Positions 53,385 through 64,000 of a stretch of 64,000 nucleotides of DNA are shown piece after piece. The DNA is taken from NCBI RefSeq assembly GCF_009914755.1, contig NC_060945.1. The stretch is one strand, 5' to 3'. This DNA is from the human T2T-CHM13v2.0 reference genome, Homo sapiens. The first letter of the stretch is position 1; each line of letters begins with the position of its first letter. A model generated the notes under the pieces. That model worked only from the letters and a program-made list of their open reading frames with translations, was not told the origin of the DNA and made no database searches. Both the position numbers and the translations under genes were made by a program.

Positions 53385-54750
53385 TACCCCCACTTTTTAA
53401 TCGATATATCAAAGTTGTACATATTTATGGGGTGCATGTGATATTTTCATGCATATATAGAATGTTTAATGATCAAATTAGGGTAAATGGGATATCTTTC
53501 ACCTGAAAAATTTATCTTTTCTTTATTTTGGGACCATTACAATTCTTGTCTTCAGCTTTCTTGAAATATACTATATATCATTAGTAAATATAATTTTCTT
53601 ACTGTACTATCAATATTAGAACTTATTGCTTGTATTTAACTGTATTTTTGTACCCATTAACCAACTTCTCTTAATTTCACCCTATCCTCTTCCCCTTCAA
53701 CCCTCTCTGGTGATCGCCATTCCACTCTGCTTCCATGAGGTCCATTTTATTAGCTCCCAAATAGGAGTGAGGACATGCAGTATTGCTGTGCTTATTTAAC
53801 CTAACATAATGACCTTCAGTTTTATCCACAGTGCTGCAATTGACAGGATTTTATTCTTTTTACAGCTGAATAGTATTCTATTTTGTATATTTACTACATT
53901 TTCTTTACACATTTATTTGCTATTGGACACCTCAGTTGATACCAAACCTTGGCTATTGTGAATACAGTTGCATATATCTTTTCTAAAAGCTGTTTTCCTT
54001 TATTCTGGATACATACCCCAAAGTGAGATTGTTTAATCATTGGTAGTTGTATTTTTAGTATTTTTGAGATTCTCCATACTACTGCTTTCCAATGTGGCTA
54101 TGCCAATTTACATTCCCACCAACACGGTACAAGGGTACCTCTTTCTTCACATACATCCTTTCTAGCATTTTTTTTGTCTTTTTGATAATAGTTACCCTAA
54201 CCTGATGAGATAATATTTCATTATGGATTGGATTTCCATTTCCCTGATGGTTAGTGATGTTGATAATTTTTCTTTCACATGATGTTGGTTATTTCCATGT
54301 CTTCTTTTAAGAAGAGTCTTTTCAGATCCTTTACTCATTTTAAAAATTTGATTATTTGGGTTTACTCTTTTTTGGCTATTGAATTGCTTGAGTTTCTTGT
54401 ATATTCTGGTTGTTAATCCCTTGTCAGATGCATAGTATACAAATATTTTCTATTATTCTGTAAATTTTCTCTGCACTGTGTTGTTTCCTTTGCTGTGTAG
54501 AAGCTTTTTAGCATGATGTAATACCATGTGTCTATTTTTTGCTTTTGTTGCCTGTGCTTTTGAGTTCTTGCCCAAGCATCTTTGCTCAGATTGATGTCTT
54601 GCAGCATTTTCCAGTGTTTTCTTCTATTATTTTCATAGTTGCAGGTCTTACATTTAAGTCTTCAATCCATTTTGAGGTGATTTTTGCATATGGTGAAATA
54701 CGGGGATCTAGTTTCTTTCTTCTGTATATGAGTAAAAGATTTCCCAGGAT
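53385..54750 (-). mobile_element. L1MA (MA2/3-like) 3' portion
   Basis: GTTGTACATATTTATGGGGTGCATGTGATATTTT..AATGATCAAATTAGGGTAA.., followed by reverse ORF2. Confidence 0.85.
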
Positions 54751-55440
54751 CATTATTTCTATTGTGAATAATGCCGCAATGAATGGTGCATGCATGTGTC
54801 TTCATGGCAGGTAGAACAACATATATTCCTTTGATTGCTGGGTCAATAGTAATTCTGTTTTAAGTTATTTGAGGAATTGCCACACTGCTTTACACGATAC
54901 CTGAACTAATTTACATTCCCTTCAGCAGTATGTAAGCATTCTCTTTTCTCCACAATCTCACCAGCATCTGTTATTTTTTGACTTTTTTGTAATAGCCATT
55001 CTGACTGGTGTGACATGGTATCTCATTGTGGTTTTAATTTGCATTTATCTAATGATTAGTGATGTCGACTATTTTTTTCATATGGTTGTTGGCCACGTGT
55101 ATGTCTTCTTTTGAAAAGTGTCTGGTCTTGTCCTTTGCCCATTTTTTTTTAATGGCATTGTTTTTCACTTGTAAATTTGCTTAAGTTCCTTATAAATTCT
55201 GGATAGTAGACATTTGTCATATGCATAATTTGAAAATATTTTCTCCTATTTTATAAGTTGCCTGTTTGTCATGTTGATAGTTTCTTTTGCTGTGTAAAAG
55301 CTGTTTAGTTTAATTAGGTCCTATTTGTCAATTTTTGTTTTGGTTGTCCTTGCTTTTTGTGTCTTTGTCATAAAATCTTTGGCTGTGCCTATGTCGTGAA
55401 CGGTATTGCCTCGGTTGTCTTCCAGGGTTTTTATAGTATA
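54751..55440 (-). mobile_element. Old L1PA (PA13-16-like) ORF2 fragment; a possible 3' tip lies at about 53341-53382
   Basis: CTATTGTGAATAATGCCGCAATG..AATAGCCATTCTGACTGGTGTG..GGTTGTCTTCCAGGGTTTTTATAGT. Confidence 0.8.
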
Positions 55441-56494
55441 GTATTATATAATACTATCAAATACTCTTGCTTTCTACTTTGGAAATTGTTGAATAAATGG
55501 GTTGAAATTAAAGAGGATTGTAATTTGAGTTTATTTTAATTTACTTTGAAAATATATTTAGAAATATCACGTCTATTATTTTTTAAATATATTCTATTAT
55601 TGTCAACACATTAGCAAATGCATTATTATTATAATCTATATTCCAGAGTAATGCAATAAATAAGGAATAAATTTTATAGTAAATAGGAAAAAGCAAAAGG
55701 AAAAATGTTTCTAAAGGTTTAATAAAAATAAATGCTAGAATTTAAGAAAAATAGCTATGTTTGGAAACTATTGATCCATGCTTTCAGAATTAATTTAGGT
55801 TGCTGATTTATTTTTTAGGTCAACAAACATTTTTTGACCATGTTTTATATATTAGACCCTGAAGATACAATACCACGCATGTGCACTACTTTCAAGAAGT
55901 TTGTAATACAAGGACAAAAATCTATGCATACCATATAGTGATTCATAGAATTGGAGGAATAAGTCAAAGCCTCTAATACTGAGCAGATGTTAAGAAGAGT
56001 AGGTTATTGCTGTATGAGGGCATTATTTTGAACTTCCAGTAATAAATTGGAGTGAAAATTATAGTTTGGCCTGCATATAATATAAGGAGGTGATTTAACT
56101 ATTAGGGAGTTTTATTTATAATTATCCTGATTACCCAGTGAGTTATAAAACATCAGGATTTTTTTCTAAATATATATTTAATCTATTAGATTACGTTGAC
56201 ACATGAATAGTACTTCTCTATGAGTTTAAAAATATGCAAAAAGTTAAACACAGATGTGGATAAGAGTAGAATAAAAGTGGATGATTGGTGGATTATGTCA
56301 TCCCTGAAAATTGAATACTAAGGATCTTTTGTAACTTTAAAAAATATTTTCCCTCTTTAAATAGAAGAATCTTCCATGTGAGCTCAATTCCATAATTTAT
56401 AAATGAGATAATTTGCAAAATTTCAGTACTTTTTAGTGGTAAATGTTTCACATTTGTTCTAAAACATTGTTTCACTTCCATATTAAGTGAGTTA

Positions 56495-56857
<363 letters not shown>

Positions 56858-57989
56858 TCAAGAGATTTTAATCTACTCTTGTTTCCTCATGACTGGGTTT
56901 TCACTGCTGTTTGAGACTGAGCCCACTCCTTCAACTATCCTCTTCATTAACTTTATCTTAGAAGTCTTTCTTTCCTGCTCCCCACTTGAGATTTGAGACA
57001 CACCTACGACATCCAATTTGCTGGGCTCCTTCTCAGCATTAATCCCTTCTGAATGTAGTTATATAATTCAGTTAGTTTTCTTTCATCATGTCTTTGCAAT
57101 CATACTGACAAAGAGTTACTAAAAGTAAAACTAATATTGCCCATTATCTGTCTTGACATCCAATTTCCTTAAAGATATTTCTTTAAGAAAACACCATATT
57201 CTTTTATTCCAAAGGAGGATTTGTATTTGTTTTTGAATATAGCAGTTTGTAAATATTACAAATTAAACTAAAATGTAGATTAACTATCCATTGTAAAAAA
57301 TATTTGAGCTTTATCAGAGCTGATAAAAAGAGGTTAAAATGTTGAAAAAGATCATAAATTCAATGGCATTTTGTTGTGTTTTAGAATAGAAAACTCACTT
57401 AAATTGTTAAAAGAAGACTTGCTAATTTATCTTTTCCCCATTAGGTTCAGTGCATTTTGGTAGATGAAGTTTAGAAAGAGGAAGGGAGCTCAGACTTAAT
57501 AGTTGGAGCCAACTAATATACTGCCATTCTAGTCTTTATGTTAAGATACTAGGGACAGAGTGTTCAATCTGTGTGTTATTATTAGTAGTATTGGCAATGA
57601 GAATATGTAAAGCAATAATTCTCAGCTGTGGGAAGGCAGGCACAGCAGCCTTCAGAGCTACCTCATATATGGTTCTCACATTCCCCTAAATTACCTTAAC
57701 CCATAAATCACTTTTATTCATCACTGTTTCCTGTGATTCACTGGGAAAAGCCTCGAAGAGCATCCTGTTACTGAGGTGAAGACAAAGCCTGGGCTGTCCC
57801 AGGCAGTTCCTCTCTAACTCAAGATGTCACATTTCTTAGGAGGCATAGGAATAAGACCTTGGTACTTTCAGGCAGTTCCACCCCCTCTCAGAATATTGCA
57901 CTCCCAGCACATTCTACAGTTATTCTTAGAAGTATAATCATAAAATCATAAATAATTGGATGGATTCAAGGCCACCTAAAGAATTGTCC

Positions 57990-58690
57990 TCCAGTAGAGA
58001 GTAGAATAATAGCTTCCAGAAACTGTTAGGGAAGAGGGTATGTAAGGAAAGGGGAGATACTAGTCAGAGGGTACAAAGTATTAGTTAGACTGACAAGAGG
58101 AAAAAGTTCTAGTGATCTACTGTACAGCATGGTAATTATATTTAATAATAATAATATAGTATATACTTTAAAATTACTAAAAAAGTAGGTTTTTTGGGAG
58201 GTGATCAGACCCAACACCAGGTCGTGGGGGTGACGAAGTCTGGCAGAGTCAAAGGAATGAGAAAAAGACAATTTGAGAGAGAAAGTGGGACCAGGGGGCC
58301 ATTGCGAGTGTGGAGGCTGCAAAGGCCCCGAGCTCTGGAAGCCCACGCTATTTATTGGTGATCAAACAAAGAACAGGTGGTGAGGATGTGGGGGTTGAAA
58401 GGAAATGGAGTATCAAGTGAATGAGAAACATATGGCTACTTGAGATAATGGGAGTGCTAGAAGCAAGGAACCAGTAAGTCTAGCCGACATGCAAGCCCTG
58501 CCTCAGCTTCTCTCCCAACACTCAACTTTTCTCCCAACAATTTTAAATGTTTTACCAACAAATAAATAATGATGATGAATATTGTAATTAACCAGATTTA
58601 AGCATTCCACAATATATACATGTGTTATAACATCACATTAAAATATTTACAATTATTATTTGTCAATTAAAAATAAAATTAAAAAAGAAA
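57990..58690 (+). mobile_element. L1MA 3' end interrupted by LTR14A
   Basis: GAGAGTAGAATAATAG..GGGTACAAAG..GTACAGCATGG | ATTTTAAATGTT..CATTCCACAATATATACAT..TTGTCAATTAAAAATAAA. Confidence 0.85.
58194..58539 (-). mobile_element. LTR14A (HERV-K14 / HML-1) solo LTR
   Basis: Reverse complement begins TGTTGGGAGAAAAGTTGAGTGTTGGGAGAGAAGCTGAGGCAGGGCTTGCATG; AATAAA present; about 345 bp; low divergence. Confidence 0.85.
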
Positions 58691-59187
58691 ATATGGTAAT
58701 ATGGTAGAAATGAAATAATAAACCAGACTGACATGATATCTCTCTTTAAGTAACTAATTATTTTCTGTAGAAATATATATACAAAGACTTAATTACATTT
58801 GTGATAAACACAATGAGATTATACAGTACAATAGGGAGGGATTATATTCTTGGGAGTTAGAGAGACTTCTCCAAGAAGGTGATTTATTAGTTGAGATAAG
58901 AAAAACAAGTAGGTATTAGACATAAAGAACAGGAGGTGAGAAAAATTAAGTTAAAAAAAGGAAAGCTGGTTGTTTCGTGGATGAAAGGATGAAAGGAGTT
59001 TAGTATATTTTTAAAACTGAGAGAAAATGGGATAGCTTTATTGTAAAGATCTTGAAGACAGGGGTTCACTACAGCTTGAAGAGGTGATCAGAGGAAAATT
59101 CATACAACAGTGGTTCACTACAGCTTTAAGAGGTGATCAGAGGCAAATTCCTACAAGACTTTATTCTCAAATCAATTGAATGTCATT

Positions 59188-59326
59188 ATTCTTTTGGGTA
59201 TATACCCAATAATGGGATTGCTGTACCTGGGCAATGAAATATGTACACCAAACTAACATGGCATACAATTACCTATGGAATCAACCTGAACGTGTACCCC
59301 GAAACTAAAATAAAAATTTTTATAAA
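59188..59326 (+). mobile_element. Very short L1PA (PA13-16-like) with a 5' inversion
   Basis: Reverse L1 piece 59188-59224 plus forward L1 3' end 59225-59326; TSD A(A/G)TTGA(A/G)TGTCATT. Confidence 0.8.
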
Positions 59327-60260
59327 AGTTGAGTGTCATTAAGGAGTTTTTTTGTTTGTTTTTGTTTTTGTTTTTTAAATCAGGTTTGTGATCTGATCAA
59401 AATCCTATTGAAGACATCTTTGACTGCTGTGGGCATTAGGGAGTGGCAAGAGTGGAAGCAGATAGACTTGCACTACTGCATGGCCCCTTGTAGCAATCAG
59501 CCAGAAATCAGAAGCTCCTCTATGTGTTCATTCATGAAGGGCTTAAATGGAAAGAAGTACAGGTTTACACAATCATTGCTGGAACAAAGAGGAGCAAAGT
59601 CATCACTCATGTTTTCAGTCTGCAACAACAACATGGTTGCTCTCGTGGTTCTCAGAAATTATTGTAAACCTTAAATTTCAGAGCTCCCAAATATCTCAAT
59701 CTAGAGCATCAATATGAATGCTCTTGTCAAGTCTAATATGAAGTCATAGTGAACCCCACTTCTGCAACTGCTTCCAAATGATGATGACCTCTATTTCTCT
59801 TCTTACTTCTAAATCTTCTCTCTCTTCTGACTTCTAAATCTTTTGTGAATGCCTCCCATAAACTGACTTTATCTAGAACTACATAAGAAAGGACTCTGAG
59901 AAATGAAGTTTTCAGCTTTACCCATGAAAGTCAGACGATATCTCAGGGGAGAGGTAGAGGCAATGATGAACTGACAACAGACAATATAAGAAAACCCACC
60001 CATTTATCAGTTGAGGGTTCATACACATCCCTTTTGCCAATTTAAAATTCTCGAGTAACAGCAGTAATAAAATCATTCCTGTCTCTTTTACGGGATGTGA
60101 TCCCTTTTCTATAATAAAATTATGATCATTCTCTCCTTCCAAAAAGGAAATGTATTGCTCTGTATATCGTAATACACATCTTGGAGTGACATTCACTCCT
60201 TTTCTAGTGACGTCTCAAGGCTTTTTTGATACAATGTAACATAAATACTAAATTATGTGA

Positions 60261-60773
60261 TATCTTATTTTGGATTCTCTCTAAAAGCAGAGGTTAAGAC
60301 AAAGATTTGACTGTAAGTAATTTGCTTGGGACATGCTCTAAGGAAATAAGATAAGGCTTCTAGGAAAATGAGACCGAGGAGAAGAAAAACAAAACGTGTG
60401 TCACTGAGCTAGAAGCTACTGTGGAAAATGGGAGTCACTCTCAATGGACACTCTCATTGCCAGTGTAGATTTCATTAAAGTCTTTCTGTCATGGATAAAA
60501 GAATAGCATATTTTCCCACTAACTCCTGTTCTCCAATTATTGAGAATAAATTTCCCTCTCTGAAAGGCAATAACTTCCTTGTATTTCCCAACAGTCCCGT
60601 TTGTGGGCCAGGTGACTTCAGGAAAAAAAAAGTCTTTAAACACAACAGTGAAGAGAATGGGCAGAAACTTGAGGTGAGGTGCTTTAGCCTGCACTGGAAC
60701 TCACTAACACAGCAGAGGGGATTAGAGACCTGGGCAGAGAGTATATTGTTAAGGCACTAAAGATTCTGCCATA
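60261..60773 (-). mobile_element. LTR16-type ERVL LTR
   Basis: TCTTATTTTGGATTCTCTCTAAAAGCAGAGGTTAAGACAAAGATTTGACTGTAAGTAATTT..GGCACTAAAGATTCTGCCATA. Confidence 0.65.
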
Positions 60774-60831
60774 CACCACATGGACCACTCACAGCCATTC
60801 ATATCTCACACTACATCATTTCTATCACCAG

Positions 60832-61250
60832 CTTCCTCTTCCAGTCAAGATAGAGTAACAGAGACCATATTTCTGATTCTACTTGAAACGAACCAAGAAA
60901 AAAATGGACAGAATATGAAGCAACAGCAGGCAATGAAGGGCAGTGATCCATGGGAGTGAGATGAGGTGAGACCTATGATTGCTACAGTTTACTGGCTGCA
61001 GAAAATTTCCAGGATATGGGACAGGAAGGAGCAGAACCCAGGCACAATCCTGAACACTCTGTGAACTAAGTAGATCAAGCTGTGAACCTGGGTAAGTCAA
61101 GGCAGCTAACTAGCATTCACAAGGAGGGATACTAGAGAGGAGAGATTTCTACAGAAAACAGACTCCAGAGATCTGTTGAGTCTCACTCAATTATTCAGTT
61201 GAGGGCTTCTTAGCACATGTGTGTAGGGAAACTAGCTGAAATTAGGGAAT
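60832..61250 (+). mobile_element. L1MC/L1M4-type 5'-end fragment
   Basis: CTTCCTCTTCCAGTCAAGATAGAGTAACAG..AGGCAATGAAGGGCAGTGATCC..AGACTCCAGAGATCTG. Confidence 0.6.
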
Positions 61251-61289
61251 TCGGTGTTGATATAATGGGGATAATCATCATAAGTCTTT

Positions 61290-63400
61290 AAGGGTATCAC
61301 TGATCTCTGAATTCTTCTATGGGTGCAGTAATGCTTCTGATTTACTCTTCCATCGGGAGAATGAAATGTCAGGCACTGCTTCACTTATCTCTTCTGGACA
61401 TAACTGTCACAAGTTAGGGTTCCTTGTGAGAGTTTAGCCAATTGCTAAGTAGACTGATACCAGTTACACATCTAAGAATAAGGTAAATAGCCAGAGGGTA
61501 GGACCACTGGCCCATTAAACCCATTGTGAGATATACTAGAACTAGGAATCTGTTTATCACCTGACCTCCTTAAATCCTAAATCAAACAGGTCGGGAGCAA
61601 GGAGTGGTATGATAACATTTTGGAGACCTTGGTATCTGTGTCCATACATCAAAAAAAGTAGGTATTATTCTTTTTCTAATGGACAGTAGTCAGGTAGACG
61701 TCAAGTCACAATTTTCTAGAACACATTAGAGGAATATTTATTGTACAAGAGTTTCTTGAAATAATAATCCTTTGCAAGTGATACATGGTAGGGATCATGA
61801 TTTTTCTATTGAAGCAGCAATAACAGATACTGAGTTTCTTTTGCTTGTGTAAGTTAAACAATAACGTGTCATATCAACATCTATCTTACCCCTCAGAGCA
61901 CTGTAGTGTATTAGTAATCACTACAGATCATTGTGGAGCATGGCACCTTGGTTGCTACCCCGGCATTGTTTCTCTTTGGAATATTACTCTAACTCTTCTC
62001 CGATAGGTAAGTGTAGACACGTGGTTTCTGCCATTGTGGAATCCTGTCATCCTCATTGAAATGTGGGACCAAGACCACAGCAAGTTTTTCTACAGTCACT
62101 ACTGACCATATGATGCCAATGCCCTCTCCACTGGTGCAATATTTATTGCTTTTGTGTAAGCATGTATTCTGGGCCATACTGAAGAACATTGTCAGATGAT
62201 GAGATTTTCAGTCTGTTATAAAAAATCTATTCTTTTAAGTTTTTTTCCTTAGTTTTCTTACCTTTCACCCAAACTCTGACAAGTCTGAAATTTCTATAAT
62301 TTCATTTACAAAAGGCCAATTTTGTCTCTAGGCATCATTTGACTGTCCTAAAGTATATTAGGATTAGTTCCAGGTGTCATTGTCTGATGTTAAAACTTGA
62401 CTTACAGGAAAGTGATCAAACATCCATAAACTCAATGTTATTCAGGCATATATTTCACCTCCTCCCGGTCCAACAATGTTAAGGTCAACCCTCAAAATCA
62501 TTTCTCTTGTTTCTGCTGGTACATAACTGTCAGATCCTGTAATATTTTCCTGTGAATAAGCTACTTAACCTCACAGCAGGGAACATATTTTTCTATTTGT
62601 GCTTGCTGAGATCTAAACCCAGCTATTTGTCAGAGGACAATGGTTAGTGCAGGTGTGAATACAGAACATGGTGAGTATACTTTGTATAAGATATGCATCA
62701 GGGAAGTGTGTCTAAGGCCCTCCAGGCAAGAGGAGGCTTCTGTCTTTCAGCAATGAGGTCTGTGTTGCTTGTACCAGCACTAAGAGTTTCAGGGAATCTG
62801 TGGATTCAAATGACTCACACGCAGTGATCCAAGTCTGTCCCCCATTCCCTACCAGGCCCTAGTTTCATTTTAGAAGATCTGTCAAATCTCTATTTTTTAA
62901 AAATTTATGATTCTTTATCATTGTGGTTAAATCTGCAGCCTGATTTGTAGTACTCTGCTCTATGGCTGCCAAAGTTGAATGTCTCATTAAACTCTGCCAC
63001 AGAGGCCTTCTGGCTTCCAAGACGTGTCTTGAGTTGCTATTTGGCCCACAGAAACCTTTTTATTTAAGGCTTCCAAGGTACACAGAAGCCAGTCAACCAC
63101 TAAATCTTCGTAATTACTATTGCCTGCATTCTGTTCAAGTGCTGAAAGTACAGCATAACACAATCATTGCTCTTCTACCTGTGCCTCATCCCAGTCCTTC
63201 AAAAATTATAGTATTGGGTTCATTATGCTATGGTAGGTCCTGGGTTAATACCACCCTACTTTCCCTCAGCAATAAGATTTGTTGCCAACTGACAGGTAAA
63301 TATCACATACTGCGGGTCTCTGGGGCCACTCTGCTATAATTGGCTTTGCTTAGTAACTTCTGGAAAACAAAATCTGTCAATTGCTTCTGTAGAATCTTTG
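61290..63400 (-). mobile_element. Decayed ERVL-class internal region (gag/pro remnant; HERV16/ERV3-16A3-like)
   Basis: Reverse protease-region similarity (GGACCACTGGCCCATTAAACCCATTGTGAG..TTATCACCTGACCTCC..ACATTTTGGAGACCTTGGTAT); same orientation as the LTR16; no ORF left. Confidence 0.55.
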
Positions 63401-63980
63401 TTCCAACAAGTGACTTCTTGAAATAGAAGTCTAAAGGTTAATTGGTGACAGAAGGGTGTGTGATAGCCTTAAGAGCTCAACATTTTGTTGTCTTTCAAAC
63501 ATATCTCTTTTCCTTTCCTCTTTCTCTCAACTGTTATCAACCTGTTTACCTTCCTTAATTGCATAATCATATAGTCATCTTATTTGCATTATTTTTCCTT
63601 TCACATATGTTTCATAGCTCATTTATACAAAGTGTATATGTTTTTTTCAGAATAAATGCCATATTCTGGAGAAGAAGGTTTATGAACTATTTTCTCACTA
63701 ATATATAGTAAAATTATAGATCATGATACATGTAACAAAGCACAATTACAATAAATAACAACTATGTACATATTTACTCTTTATCCATGAAATTCTTGAT
63801 TCAGACTCATCAGATTCATCATTGAATTGCATGTAAGATAAACATACTTTTATATACTTATATAGTACATGCTTATGTACTTATATTTCAGGTTGTAATG
63901 AATGAAAGTACATTTCTTTTTATATATTTGTATGTGGCTTACTTTTTAATAAAATGTAAAGATCCACAATGGTTTTCTCC

Positions 63981-64000
63981 TTTTTTTTTTTTTGAGACTT
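63981..64000 (-). mobile_element. Tail of a reverse Alu running off the window
   Basis: Poly-T followed by GAGAC. Confidence 0.6.

Noticed and set aside
62962-63339. 125-aa ORF
   Set aside because: Antisense to decayed ERVL gag-region sequence; no recognisable domain

Overview
This is AT-rich, repeat-dense primate genomic DNA. AluY and LTR12 point to a catarrhine, most likely human or ape. It is intergenic or deep intronic, and I found no convincing protein-coding gene, RNA gene, CpG island or CRISPR array. The ORF track looks like chance ORFs and translated repeats. Much of the window is transposable-element debris: about 11 Alu/FLAM copies, many L1 and L2 fragments, MIRs and hAT/Tigger DNA transposons. 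There are also many MaLR LTRs, several ERV1 solo LTRs, an HML-1 LTR14A and a decayed ERVL-type provirus at the right end. I see no evidence of a new biological system. The best observations are structural: (1) an AluJ split by two different ERV LTRs 41 bp apart, with all three target-site duplications (TSDs) readable; (2) an L1PA copy with an apparent micro 3'-transduction tag; (3) a tiny twin-primed L1; (4) a truncated AluY with a later 144-bp internal duplication; (5) several templated-insertion/fold-back scars, one of which superficially resembles a repeat-spacer array; (6) two non-repetitive, CpG-retaining blocks that are candidate conserved enhancers. Family names come from recalled consensus sequences, not a database search, and boundaries of old repeats are approximate.
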